DNA of 64,000 nucleotides from Zancudomyces culisetae HAW-14-8 (GCA_052426225.1 JBNJNM010000021.1:1054001-1118000); one strand, 5' to 3'; numbered from the stretch's first letter, positions 28,521-40,700 are shown. Notes: generated by a model from the sequence alone, not told the origin. Translations and numbers: made by a program.

Positions 28521-28774
28521 TGCTGTGTGTTGCCATATTTAACCTCCCATTTAGTGTTTTTTACACCAAATAACACACGGGACGGGTCATTTTACTTACC
28601 TTTTACTATATGCTGCGAATTATTCTATAGTTATTTTGATTAGGCAAAAGAGGACATTTATTTAGTTAAACAAAAATTTCAATTTTATACAATAAAAGCT
28701 ACAAATAATCTAACTAAAAATTACAAAACACAATTAACCAATGGAAATGTTTCACCTATTGTAGGCATACAACA
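28521..28774 (-). mobile_element. Older solo LTR of the element A family
   Basis: 254 bp, diverged copy of 21703-21956; flanks TTAG/TTTG (4-bp TSD with one mismatch). Confidence 0.9.
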
Positions 28775-28977
28775 TTTGTGTCTATGAATTCTGTAGTTTT
28801 ATTATTTAATATTTTATTAAGAGATTTTTCATTGACGTTTAAACTTTTAATATAAATTTCCAGTTCACCTAATTTTTAAGTATATACTATATGTATTTTA
28901 ATAAAGCGATTTCATTTCAAGCACAGACAAGATTTTCCACAAGAGGTTCATTTGTGTGCTATATAAAAGAAACTAAA

Positions 28978-29541
28978 TGTTAGGAATTGTTTTAAAATAA
29001 ATTAAATAATTTCATGTTTATTATAATTCTCCATGACCAAATCAAGTAGGTTACAAAATGAAATTGTAACCATATACAAATTACTATATTGTAACTAAGT
29101 ACAAATTAAATAAATGTAACTAAGTACAAATTATTAAATTAATCTAACCAAGTCAAGCAAAAATGAATTTCGCGATGAAATTTGATATAAAAATATTCAC
29201 AGACCATTTTAGGAAATAAGAAACCTAGAAAGAATTCCGAAACTAATAATCCAAAGAATCGTCAGAATAACATGAATGACGCAATCATTGACACACTAAA
29301 CTCACGGTAGTTAATCACATCAGTTACTCATAAGTTTAATAGTCAAATTTATAGTTTGATAGCAACTTTACTTAAGAAAATTTTATATGAAAAAATCTCT
29401 GGAGTAAAAGTATAAAAACCCTTTCGAAATCCATCGAAAGAGAACTTCAGAGAAAAATATCTTATTCACTATTGAATACAATATTTTTCTAAATAATTAA
29501 TAGTAATAAATAATTTAATCTTAAATATTCAAGTCTTAACA
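28978..29541 (+). mobile_element. Solo LTR of the chromovirus F family
   Basis: Near-identical to 54872-55436; TGTTAGG...CTTAACA; flanked by TAAA/TAAA. Confidence 0.93.
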
Positions 29542-29546
29542 TAAAG

Positions 29547-30200
29547 TTAAGGTAAATAAATATTAGCATATAAAATTATACTACTAATTTAAAATGAGAA
29601 ATTGTAAATATATAGAGTCATACGATGAAAAAATCCAGTGGGAAAAACGTTTTGACTCTCGAACAACGATAAGAATGTAAGTAACATAAACAACCAAAAT
29701 TATAAAAAACGTTCTTAAACAATGTATATTAATGTGTAGATTTAGCATGAATTATTAAGTTGTAGGTTTCATACAACATACATTGTTGCATAATTAATTA
29801 TTATTATAAAAAATACGAATTGACAAAGTCAATTCTGATATATTACTATATTAAAATTAGTGGAAAAATTGGACTCTTTTTTCCCTAACAATTTGAGTTT
29901 TTTTATTGAGCCAAGAAATTACAAAACAAAAATTGATAACACAAAAAAATTGAGATAACAAAATAGATGGAAAAAAAAATAGTTTATATATAAATTTTAT
30001 TTATAGTTTGGAAAAATAACTTTTAGGAATAACAACTTTTTAGCAATAAAAAATAAAGAATAATAGCCAAAATGCTAAACAAGTCTTAATAGTTAGTTAG
30101 AGTTTCGAACAAAACAAGTAGATAATTAACTTTTCTATTAAATTATAAACCAACTAAATAACGAATAACTACGACTACTAGGAAAAAGGGTCGAAAGTTA
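29547..30200. mobile_element. Degraded LTR remnants
   Basis: Shared LTR motifs: AATCCAGTGGGAAAAA (reverse of a B-LTR motif), TGTAGG..ATACAACA (A-like end at 29778), ATTGGACTCTTTTTTCCC (E-like). No clean TSDs. Confidence 0.4.
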
Positions 30201-30205
30201 ACAAC

Positions 30206-30572
30206 TGTCGTATAGTGCCAAATACGACTTTATTCAAACATTTTTAGTTATTTTAATACTTAGTTTTATTGGTTAATTGAAATAATATTTTTTAGGAATT
30301 TTATTGGTTTAATTACGTAACCGTAAATAAGTGAAATTATTTCGGTTTCGATTCAAAAATATATTTAGTATTTATTTTAGAGGAAGGAGAAAAGAGAGAG
30401 ATATCAGATTCGAGATATAACAATAAAAATGAGTTTTGGAAATTCAACGTATATATTGATTACGCGATTCAACGACTATATAGTATTTAAAATATAACGA
30501 TAATACTAGTTATTGAACAATTATATATATATATTAAACAAATAAAGTATAAATAAATTCATTTATACGACA
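30206..30572 (+). mobile_element. Solo LTR (367 bp) related to the element G LTR
   Basis: TGTCGTATA...TATACGACA termini; 4-bp TSD CAAC. Confidence 0.85.
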
Positions 30573-30577
30573 CAACA

Positions 30578-30908
30578 TGTCGTATGAAGATACGATTTTA
30601 TATAATTAGCTTTATTTATTCATTAGGTTTTTAGTTAATAGTTTTGAGATTGGACCTTTTTTCCCCCTGTGGTTTTTGTCCAATAGTTTAGTTAGTTATT
30701 TACATTATATTTCCTCATTAATTATATTATTATCTGGGGGTTAAAGCAACCGCCCACTTTGAATTAAATAAAAACACATCTTAACAAAATTTTAAGTTAA
30801 ACATATATAGTATTAAAAAGAACAATAATACAAAAATAATATACTTAGTAATAACATATAATACAATAAGAATATTGAATAATCATAGAATTGTGAAATT
30901 CTATAACA
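30578..30908 (+). mobile_element. Solo LTR (331 bp) related to the element E LTR
   Basis: TGTCGTATGA...CTATAACA; shares GAGATTG-ACCTTTTT-CCCC-TGTGGTTTTTGTC with E; 4-bp TSD AACA; ends 8 nt before tRNA-Asn. Confidence 0.88.
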
Positions 30909-30916
30909 AACATAAG

Positions 30917-30990
30917 GCTTCCATGGCGCAATTGGTTAGCGCGTCTGACTGTTAATCAGGAGGTTGCTAGTTCAAGCCTAGCTGGGAGCG
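30917..30990 (+). tRNA. tRNA-Asn(GTT)
   Basis: Acceptor GCTTCCA/TGGGAGC; anticodon loop CTGTTAA; T-run terminator downstream. Its 3' end is complementary to the PBS of element E. Confidence 0.95.
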
Positions 30991-32537
30991 AACTTTTTAT
31001 AAAAATATTTATATTTTTTCTCATATAATAGCGAACTAACCTCGAATTAAAAGTATAATTACTAATGAATGTTAATTCATTACATTAATATAACTATATT
31101 TGTAACTATTAATATTAACTTTCAGTGGATATATCTAAATCATATAAATATTTATACATCATTAGACTTTGTTAATGGATTTACTCAAATATACGTTTAT
31201 ATTTACTTATTTATTGCAATTATTATTATATTTATTAGTAATATCAGTGTTTTATTATTTTTTTACTATATTAACATAATTTAATTCATTACTAATTTTA
31301 CAAAATATACGTAGTATATGTAGTTTTTATAATCATACAAAATATGTAAAGCATATTCCAATATGATTGGCTAAAGATTTATTTTTTTGATTTCCGTCTT
31401 CTTTATATTAACATGTTAAGAATTTCAAACATGATAATACATTTAATTTTATATGATAAACTATCCGTAAATGGTTTCCAAACTCTCTTAAAAATTGCAA
31501 TTGATATGATAGCAATATGGTGTAGCCATTATCTACAAATGATACTCTTCAATTTTTTAATGTAATTGTATATTTAATATGATGTAAGTTTTATCTAGTG
31601 TATTATTTATAAACAAAATAATTTTTAATAGTTATGTTAACTAAGTTCGTTAGAAATTTCATTCCGGTTTTAATTTCTTGTATTAACTCGTTTACATACT
31701 TTTTATAATTAGCTAGCTATTTTTTATATGTTAATAATATTTATTTACTTTTAGATAGAGTATATTAGTGTCCTGAACAAAATAAATCAAATTTAAAGAA
31801 ATACTAGTTAAGTAAGTGTAACTAAATGAATAAACTGTTCATAGGGAGTGTATCCTGGAAATAGTTGAGAAATTCTTAGTAGATAAAAAATTCGTTTCGA
31901 GGATCTGTGGTTATTATTATTATTTTTTGTGTTTGAGGAGATTGTTGATGAAAAATTGTTGAAGAAATTGAAAATTGATAGGAGATTTATATAATGTTGG
32001 AGTGACATTTTTTTTTGGTCAATCAGGTTCAAATTCAAACAGGTTTTTCTCCTCATCATTGTTTTTGTTGTATACTTTGTAGTACATCCGCATTTATTCT
32101 TTCCATCTCAAGAATAGTTGAAATGCTTTGTAGTTTTTTTCTGATAGTGCAGCCTCAGTTCTCGCTCTGAATTATTCCAGATGGCTGATGCTAAAATATT
32201 TTTATGTCTTTAATACGGTGCCTAATTTTGTTGCATCCAGACATAATTTCTTCCCAATTGAAGTCGATTTTTTCAATTTACCAAATTTTTTTCAAGGTGT
32301 GATAGATCAATGAATGTTTTTTTTTAGATTGGAAATAATAAGGAAAAAACATTATTTCAAAAACACTTGATCTACTACTGTCAGAATCGCATTATTTACC
32401 CATAAGTTTTAATATTTATTTTTAATCATATTTAATTACCTTTGAATCCTAACTTGGGAACATTAAGTTTCCCAACTTAAATAAATTAGTTTCCTGACAT
32501 TTTGGGAAACTTCTAATTATTGGTTGAAGAGTTAATC

Positions 32538-33488
32538 ATGGTCCACCAATTAGATGAGATCGCAAAATTAGCTATGCAACAAGCTTTGCAAGAAAGTCAA
32601 GCTCAAGCCCAGGCTCAAGCCCAGACACCCGCCCAAGTCCCCAGTCAGTTGCAGAATTTGCCTGCACCAAATCCGCAGCCAAGGATTGATGGTATCAGAA
32701 TACCAGAAATCCAGAAATACTCAGGAGAATCAGGAAGGTTCCGAGCCTTCACCGCCGAGATCAAGCGCCAGTTCTGGGCCAGACCAGACGTGTTCCAGAG
32801 TGACCATAACAAGATATGGTTCATCAGTTCTCACCTTGCCGGTCATGCTGCCCTGTGGTTCGATAACCTTATCGATACCCAATCACCGTTGCTCTCAGAT
32901 TTCAAAGGGTTTGAGAATGAATTTCAAAAGAGATTCTCAGATCCTGGCCACCAAGCCCGAGCTATCACCCAGCTTCATAGTTGTCGCCAGTCCCAGCGTT
33001 CCGTCCTGGAATTTGCAACCGAGTTCAGAAACCTCGCCTCTCTCAGTGGATTCAACGAGCCAGCCAAAATTCACCTGTTTTACATCGGATTGGATACTAG
33101 CCTTGTCCAGCGCCTTGCCACTGAACCGCTACCAAACACCTTGGACCAGCTCATTGATCAGGTGATTGAGCTTGAGAACAGAATCAATGCCCGCAGTGCC
33201 TACCTGCCCAAGAGAAGCGTCCCATTCCGCAACTGGAGTACTCCGGCTCCACCGGTCTTCCCCCGTCCAGCCATGCCTGTCCCAGATCACCAGGCTCCTG
33301 AACCAATGGACGTTGATGCCGTCACCTCCCGTCCAAGAGCACCGCTAGATACAGCCGAACGTCAGAGAAGATTAGCCAATAATCTTTGTCTATACTGTGG
33401 TCAGCCGAACCACATTCTCCGTAACTGTCCGCTCCGCAGGCCAAGACCCCCTATACCTGGGGTGCCAAAAGACAGTGCTCAGATGTAG
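32538..33488 (+). CDS. gag: Element C Gag (capsid plus CCHC zinc knuckle)
   Basis: PEPMDVD and CLYCGQPNHILRNC motifs; first ATG at 32538. Confidence 0.9.
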   Translation: MVHQLDEIAKLAMQQALQESQAQAQAQAQTPAQVPSQLQNLPAPNPQPRIDGIRIPEIQKYSGESGRFRAFTAEIKRQFWARPDVFQSDHNKIWFISSHLAGHAALWFDNLIDTQSPLLSDFKGFENEFQKRFSDPGHQARAITQLHSCRQSQRSVLEFATEFRNLASLSGFNEPAKIHLFYIGLDTSLVQRLATEPLPNTLDQLIDQVIELENRINARSAYLPKRSVPFRNWSTPAPPVFPRPAMPVPDHQAPEPMDVDAVTSRPRAPLDTAERQRRLANNLCLYCGQPNHILRNCPLRRPRPPIPGVPKDSAQM

Positions 33489-36400
33489 TCCGGGAGTTAC
33501 TCCTGAGCGTAGCAAATAATTCTAATATTTCTAGTAATAAATTTCATATTAAAGTTGTTTTAAATAATCTACACGAACTTGTTGCATTAGTGGACTCCGG
33601 TGCTTCAGCCAACTTTATTCGTCAAGATTTATTAGAAAAACTAAACCTCCCAACCAAAGAAGCAGAAAAAACCATCGTCCTAGAAAGTGTTGATGGTCAC
33701 CAGATATACCCAGGGGGCATAAATGTCAAGGTTGATAATGCCCATATCAAGTCCGGTCCTAACCACTCTGAACACCTAGACCTTATCCCGATTCCAACCA
33801 ATCACGCTGACATTATTTTTGGATTACCCTGGTTACGCAAACACAATCCTAGTATAACTTGGCCAGACCTCCAGATCCACTTCGACTCTGACTTTTGCAG
33901 TACAAATTGTGTTGATACCCACTCCATCCAGGCCGTGTTCAAGTTACCTGATGAACCAGATCCAGATCCAGTAGAACAAAATATTAGCCAGAATACGTCC
34001 ACAAACCCAACTATCCTCCAAAGGGTGTTGAATAGATTATCAACTACCCTGCTTCCACACAGTGCCAAGTTGCTCGAATCGGTCAAGTTGGACGATTCAA
34101 ACACTGAAAATCAAAGATTTTCACCGCCTCCGTCTCCTGATCTCCCCAGCCCAGCTCCGTCAAATCCATACGCCAGAATTGAAGAGATTCTTCCTGTTCC
34201 TGTTCCTGCACCAGTCCAATCAGTCACTCCAGAACCTGAAACCCAAAGTTTGCCCAAACCCACCGCTATTGAGAATCGAGTAAATAACCATGTTAAGCAA
34301 ATTCCTGAGCCCCGTCGTCCAGTAACCCCTGTTCCAAAAGTACCACTCAGACCTGAACTTCCCAAAGCAATCCTGAAGAAAATTGAGCCAAGAGAACCAG
34401 TCGTCAGATCCCGGCCATTTCATAAAAATACCCCAGTCACCACCCCCGAGCCAGAATATTCCTTGGATCCAGATCCTGTAAATTTTGCCGTTTCTGAGTC
34501 CCCGCTAGAGTACTTGGAAGAATTTCCGCAACTTCCAGTAATATACTCTGAATTCAAGGAAGTGTTCAATCCCAAGTCTGCCGTTTCACTTCCTCCTCAC
34601 CGCCGTTATGACTGTCCTGTCAACACCAAAGAGGGTTACACCCCATACTGGGGGCCAATATACCCGCTATCTGAAGTAGAGTTAGAGTCTCTAAGAGGTT
34701 ACATCCGCGAAAACCTCACCAATGGCTTCATCAGACGCTCTGTCTCCCCTGCCGGTGCACCAATCATGTTTGTAAAGAAGAAGTCTGGAGACTTGCGCCT
34801 TTGTGTTGACTACCGCCGATTGAACGAAGCTACCATCAAGAATAGGTACCCATTACCTAGGATTGATGAGGCGTTCGATCGGCTGCGTACAGCCAAGGTC
34901 TTTACAAAATTGGATCTCAAAGGTGCCTACAACTTGGTGCGGATCAAGGAAGGTGACGAGTGGAAAACTGCATTTAGGTGCAGATATGGCCACTTTGAGT
35001 ACCAGGTCATGCCATTTGGCTTGACAAATGCTCCGGCTACCTTTCAGCACTTTATCAATGATGTGTTACGAGATGTATTGGATCTCTATGCAATTGCATA
35101 CCTTGACGACATCTTGATATTTTCCAATGACACTGACACTCACATCAATCATGTGAAATCTGTTCTGAAAAAGCTGCTTGAAAATGGTCTGTACTGTAAC
35201 GCCGAAAAATGTCACTTCCATATCAGGGAAGTTGAATTTCTAGGCCATGTTGTGTCTTCAGATGGAATAGCCACCGATCCTGCTAAAGTCAAGTGTGTAA
35301 AGGAATGGCTACCACCCACCAATGTCAAGGAGGTCCAGAAGTTTCTCGGTTTTGCCAATTACTACCGAAAGTTTATCCCATACTTCTCGCTGAAAGCCCT
35401 GCCAATCACAAGACTTCTGAAAAAGGATACACCGTTCGTTTGGAGTAAGGAGGCAGGTGAAGCCTTTAATACTCTTATCCAGGATCTCACCACTTCCCCC
35501 GTTCTCAGATACCCTGACCCAGGGAAACAGTTTATTCTGGAAACTGACGCCTCAGACTACGCCATTGGGGCTGCTCTGTCCCAAGAAGATGAAAACGGAG
35601 ATCTCCGTCCTTGTGCCTACTACTCTTACAAACTCAACACTGCCGAATCCAACTATAATATCTATGACAAGGAACTTTTGGCAATCATCAAGGCTCTCAA
35701 AGAATGGCGACATCATCTGGAAGGCTCCTCCATCCCGTTCAAGATTCTTACTGACCATAAGAATCTGGAGACCTTTAAAAATCTGAAGTCACTCAACAGA
35801 AGACACGCAAGGTGGTCACTTGATCTCAGTAGATTCAGCTTCATCATAACCTACAGGCCTGGATCTCAAGGAGGCAAACCTGACGCTCTTTCTCGTTTAC
35901 CCAATCACACACCTGATAAGGTCGCCAACAACAACATCATAGGCGAAGACCACTTCATAGACATTATTAGCATAGTGGACAGTGATTTTGCTCAAGAAAT
36001 CGCCAAATCCAGCAAAGCCCATCTAGAAGGATTATTGGATGCCGCAAGATACCAGAGCAGCCATAAGTCTAACGAGCCTGTAGAAGTTGAAGATGGGATT
36101 GTAATGCTTGGAAACCGTGTTGTCGTCCCCGACAAAATGAAGCCGCAAGTTGTAAGTTCTAGACATGACAGTGGCCCAGCCGGCCATTTTGGTGCTAAGA
36201 AGACATTGGAGCTCGTGGAACGAGACTTTTGGTTTCCAGGAATGCGCAAATTTATTAAAGAGTTTGTTCAAACCTGTGATACATGCAATAGATCAAAGGA
36301 CAGAAGACACAAAGTTTACGGTAAACTACTTCCGCTACCCGCTCCCTCAGGCCCATGGAAATCTATCACCATGGATTTCATAACTGATCTTCCTCCATCC

Positions 36401-37414
36401 AACAAGCACACTACTATTATGGTAGTGGTAGACAGGTTCACTAAAATGAGCCATTTCATCCCGCTTAAGAAGCTGCCATCCTCAGAAGAAACTGCCTCCG
36501 CCTTCTTTACCCACGTATTCAAGCTTCATGGACTTCCAGACGTCATAATCTCAGACCGTGGAACCCAATTCTCGTCCAAATTTTGGAGTTCACTATTCAA
36601 ACTGCTCAAAGTTGATACTAGAATGTCTACAGCCTTCCATCCAGAGACAGACGGTCAAACGGAGCGGGTGAATCAAACATTGGAACAGTATCTACGCTGT
36701 TTCATCAACTATCAGCAAGATAATTGGTTTGAACTGCTCCCAATTGCCGAATTTGCTTATAACAACACTCTCCACTCCAGCACTAATACTTCTCCTTTCT
36801 TTGCTCTATATGGTTACCATCCAAGATTTGATCCTCAAATCACTAAAAACGTTCACGTCCCCAGCGCTTCTGATAGGATAAAACAACTCAAAGAACTTCA
36901 ATCAGCCCTCACTTCCATACTTAACAAGAAATCTCAGGAATATAAAAAGTATGCTGATGTAAACCGATCTGAACATCCAAAGTATAAACTAGGTGACAAG
37001 GTTTGGCTATCCAGCCAAAATATCAAAACTCAAAGGCCTTCTAAAAAGTTTGACCATAGACTTCTAGGACCTTTCACCATCTCTAAAATTATCAATCCTG
37101 TTTCTGTCCGTTTAGACCTCCCGCCATCAATGAAAATCCATAACACTTTTCATGTCTCGTTATTGGAACCGTATATCGAACCCAGCAGTAACCGCAGATT
37201 AATAGACAGTCCTCCTCCACCCCTAATTATAAATGGAAATAAAGAATATGAAGTTAAGGCTATTTTGGATTCTAAGCTTGTACGGGGTAAAAAATATTAC
37301 CTAGTTGATTGGAAAGGCTTTGATATAAGTGAAAGAAGCTGGGAGCCGATTGAAAACATAAACGCGCCTCAACTATTGAAAAAATACTATAAGACATATC
37401 ACAACAAACCATAA
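33425..37414 (+). CDS. pol: Element C Pol (PR-RT-RH-IN-chromodomain), in the -1 frame relative to gag
   Basis: LVDSGAS, YLDD, ETDASD, HHCC and DDE integrase, chromodomain YEVKAIL..YLVDWKGF..SWEP. The frame is open from 33425, overlapping gag. Confidence 0.92.
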   Translation: MSAPQAKTPYTWGAKRQCSDVVRELLLSVANNSNISSNKFHIKVVLNNLHELVALVDSGASANFIRQDLLEKLNLPTKEAEKTIVLESVDGHQIYPGGINVKVDNAHIKSGPNHSEHLDLIPIPTNHADIIFGLPWLRKHNPSITWPDLQIHFDSDFCSTNCVDTHSIQAVFKLPDEPDPDPVEQNISQNTSTNPTILQRVLNRLSTTLLPHSAKLLESVKLDDSNTENQRFSPPPSPDLPSPAPSNPYARIEEILPVPVPAPVQSVTPEPETQSLPKPTAIENRVNNHVKQIPEPRRPVTPVPKVPLRPELPKAILKKIEPREPVVRSRPFHKNTPVTTPEPEYSLDPDPVNFAVSESPLEYLEEFPQLPVIYSEFKEVFNPKSAVSLPPHRRYDCPVNTKEGYTPYWGPIYPLSEVELESLRGYIRENLTNGFIRRSVSPAGAPIMFVKKKSGDLRLCVDYRRLNEATIKNRYPLPRIDEAFDRLRTAKVFTKLDLKGAYNLVRIKEGDEWKTAFRCRYGHFEYQVMPFGLTNAPATFQHFINDVLRDVLDLYAIAYLDDILIFSNDTDTHINHVKSVLKKLLENGLYCNAEKCHFHIREVEFLGHVVSSDGIATDPAKVKCVKEWLPPTNVKEVQKFLGFANYYRKFIPYFSLKALPITRLLKKDTPFVWSKEAGEAFNTLIQDLTTSPVLRYPDPGKQFILETDASDYAIGAALSQEDENGDLRPCAYYSYKLNTAESNYNIYDKELLAIIKALKEWRHHLEGSSIPFKILTDHKNLETFKNLKSLNRRHARWSLDLSRFSFIITYRPGSQGGKPDALSRLPNHTPDKVANNNIIGEDHFIDIISIVDSDFAQEIAKSSKAHLEGLLDAARYQSSHKSNEPVEVEDGIVMLGNRVVVPDKMKPQVVSSRHDSGPAGHFGAKKTLELVERDFWFPGMRKFIKEFVQTCDTCNRSKDRRHKVYGKLLPLPAPSGPWKSITMDFITDLPPSNKHTTIMVVVDRFTKMSHFIPLKKLPSSEETASAFFTHVFKLHGLPDVIISDRGTQFSSKFWSSLFKLLKVDTRMSTAFHPETDGQTERVNQTLEQYLRCFINYQQDNWFELLPIAEFAYNNTLHSSTNTSPFFALYGYHPRFDPQITKNVHVPSASDRIKQLKELQSALTSILNKKSQEYKKYADVNRSEHPKYKLGDKVWLSSQNIKTQRPSKKFDHRLLGPFTISKIINPVSVRLDLPPSMKIHNTFHVSLLEPYIEPSSNRRLIDSPPPPLIINGNKEYEVKAILDSKLVRGKKYYLVDWKGFDISERSWEPIENINAPQLLKKYYKTYHNKP

Positions 37415-37534
37415 GAGCAACATTATATTTTATTATTTAACCAATATTATACCTAAATACTTATCAAAAAAAACTATAAAAACAACCTAAAAACAACTAA
37501 AAAGCATAAAAAATTATAAAAGAAAAAATAAAAT

Positions 37535-37797
37535 AAAAATGAACTTAGGAGGGCGCTAACGTCTTGGGCCACACAATCACGTGATTCGAATTAACTGCTC
37601 GAGATCCCGAAGGAGTTATCGGAGAGGTGAAACGGTCCGGTACTAGTCCCGAAGGACGTTATCGCGCACATTGGCCCCGTGAAACATCACATCCACTCTA
37701 CAGCTAATTACTTCCCAATTACGGTCTTACAGCGAAGGATCGAACCAGGGTCCTGCAGAATACAAGTTCGACGCCTTAGCCACTCGACTATAAGCTC
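37535..37797 (-). ncRNA. Candidate Pol III transcript in the element C 3' UTR: degenerate tRNA-like head, structured domain, T-run
   Basis: A-box TAGTCGAGTGG (37790-37780); B-box GGTTCGATCC (37746-37737); two C(UUCG)G hairpins (37657-37646, 37614-37605) inside a GGGCCA/TGGCCC stem; TTTTT at 37539-37535. Confidence 0.55.
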
Positions 37798-40700
37798 ACA
37801 TTTTTGTCCAAGATATTATTTTTATATATTTAAAATATTCTTTGAAGGGGGGATAATGTCAGAATCGCATTATTTACCCATAAGTTTTAATATTTATTTT
37901 TAATCATATTTAATTACCTTTGAATCCTAACTTGGGAACATTAAGTTTCCCAACTTAAATAAATTAGTTTCCTGACAACTACAGTCAAAGTAGGCGTGTT
38001 TGATAGTTTCGGTTTCGTTTCTTATACAGATTTTACAAAATGAATTTTCTATCGATCCAGTCCAACTCGATAATGTTTTCCCGGTTACAATTGCCCCATG
38101 TAAGATTAAATAAAGGTGAGATTTAATTTTTTCTTCAACCTTAAACCTATTAATACTATTCCAACTATAGATTTTACTGTTATCTGAAACTATATCTAGT
38201 TTGTAATAGTTTGGGGGGATTTTCCCAGTGTCGTTATAATTAAAATTAATATTCCTTTTTAATTCTCTGTTCATTGCATACTCTTCTGAGATTCCGTTTC
38301 CAAGATTTATTAGCGATGCCTGCAGAAAGTAATTCGGGTTCGACTGAGGTAACTGTTGGAAATTTTTTCAAGACAGTATAAACTAATGCTGAATTGAGTC
38401 TCTTTTCCAAAGGCAGTACTAGTGTATACTGGTTCATCAGTTGTATTTGCCTCGTTGTTTACTTGTGATAATGACATTAAAAAGTCATACACAGTATTAT
38501 ACCCTTTCTTTTTTAGGTCTCTTATTTCTTTGTTAGTTAATTCTTTTCCAAAAACCAATGGTTGAATAAAGAATATACATCAATTAATAATTTCACTAAG
38601 AGGTAATGTATATATGTCCCTATCATCCACATTAAATAGAATATTCCATACTTCAATAAACTTTTTTACTGAAGGGTGAATATCTCTTAGATTTTTAATG
38701 CTATTATGGAGTTCCATCAGTTCAGTAGCTAAATGTGGACCATAATTTGTTGTATTATATTTAAATTGGTGGTATCAGTAGCTTCTAGATAGTGAAATCC
38801 AGTCGCTATTGGGATCACCGGTTATAGTTGATGCTATCGCTTTTCCATAGATTAAATCTACTTGAGTTTTAACATCAATTAGTCCAAGACCACAAAGTTT
38901 TTTTGATAATTCAAGGGTGGTAAGTTTAATATTGAACTTTTTATTTGCCCAGATAAACTTTGAGGCAAGTTTCTTCACCTTTGACAAGAAGATTTTGTCG
39001 AAAATGACAATATGTGCTTCAAAATGTATATTTGAGTATAGAAATACATTTGTCAGCAATACTCTTCCTCTCAGTGAGAGAGATCTAAGCCTCATGGATA
39101 TAATTTTATTTTTCAATTTAGCTAGTAAGAGTTCTTGGGTATAGTTGGTGTTAACACCTTTGTTATTAAACCATATTCCCAAGTATATAAAGTTTTCATT
39201 ATCGGCGACTAATGGAAACTTAGTGGAAATCTCTTGAGGATTCCCTACCTTTATAGCAATTGATTTTTCGATATTCACTCGAGCATTAGATGCTTTGCAA
39301 TGAATATCAAGCCATATTATTACTATGTTAATGTCATCACTATCTTTAATACCTATAGCAATGTCATCCGCATATGCTATTGTGTTAAAGTTAGCTCCAG
39401 GTAGTTGAATACCTGTTAGGTCTTTTTTCAAACCTAGTAATAAAGGCTCAATTACTAGGTTATACAACAGGGGTGATAGTGGATCACCCTGTCTAAGACC
39501 ATTGTTGATTTGAATTTTATCCGTAAATACGGAGTTGACATTTACTCTAGTCGTAGCACTAGTGTAAATTGATTTAAGATATTGAATAAACTTGGGGCCA
39601 AGGCCAAAAGCATTCAAGCACTTAATGATATAATCCCAGTCTACTCTATCATAGGCTTTTTCTTGATATAAAAGAATCAAGTGCCCATTATATTTATCTG
39701 GGTCCAGTTGACTAAAACCCAAATGGTTATTAGTCATATGGATATTATCAAAGATGCTACGATTTTTGATAAACCCAGTTTGAGACTGGTTAATTAACTT
39801 ACCTAATATATTCTGCAACCTAGAGGCTAGAATTCTAGCTAAGATTTTCTCGTCACAATTAGATAAACTAATATAAAGATAGTTATTATTCAGCCTCAGA
39901 TCGCCGGTTTAGGGAATCAAAAAGATTATCGAACCTCCCAGATGCTCTTTATAGTCCTGGAGGGGTGAATTGAATAATTCATGAAGAATTATTGTAATCT
40001 CTTTTTCAAAGTGCTTGTAAAATTCAAAGGTCAATCCATCAGGTCCAGGTGCTTTATTCCTGGGACATTTTTGGATTGTTTTTAAATTTTCTCCATAGTT
40101 ATTGAGCTATCTAGCACTTATGCCTCCAGACTAGTTAGCCTATTTGTTATGATATTTAGTAATAAATCATGAAAATCCACCACTATTGTTCCTATATTTA
40201 ATAGTTTATTAAATAATTTATAATTATGACTAGAAATTTCATTATGAATATAAGAAGTAGAGTTATCTTCTACAAATATTTCTTCAATTTATTTTCTCTT
40301 TTCACGAGACTTTAATAAATTGAAAAAGTATTTGTTACTTTGCTCTCCCTTTCCAAAGTAATTGGCACTACTTCTAATAGCCATACCTCGACACTTATTT
40401 TCTAATTCTTTTTTTTAGCATATATCACAGTGTCCGGATTTTATAAGCGTTATTAATATCGTTACTCTTTACACAATTTATTTTGGACTTAAGCAAATTT
40501 GCTTTGTTTTTATACACTTTTTTACTAAAATCAATAAAATAGTCTTTAATCATTGATTTCGCTGTAGACCATTCAAGTAAATAATCTATAGTAGGATTAA
40601 AACTGTCCAAAATACCTTTGATAGATTCACAGGCTTTGTCATTTTTTAAGTGACTTGAGTTAAGTTTCCAATTGTCGTGGTTCTTTTTAGGAGAATCACA

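Larger units (their letters stand above)
32379..37977 (+). mobile_element. Element C: intact-looking chromovirus (Ty3/gypsy, Tf1/sushi-like)
   Basis: Identical 121-bp LTRs (32379-32499, 37857-37977); 5-bp TSD ACTAC; PPT GAAGGGGGGA; uninterrupted gag and pol with chromodomain. Confidence 0.96.

Noticed and set aside
37595-37690. Hammerhead, twister or HDV ribozyme call
   Set aside because: No CUGANGA core or other canonical catalytic motif on either strand; left as an unknown structured RNA.
37720-37797. Functional tRNA gene
   Set aside because: Acceptor, anticodon and T stems are disrupted; only the promoter boxes remain.
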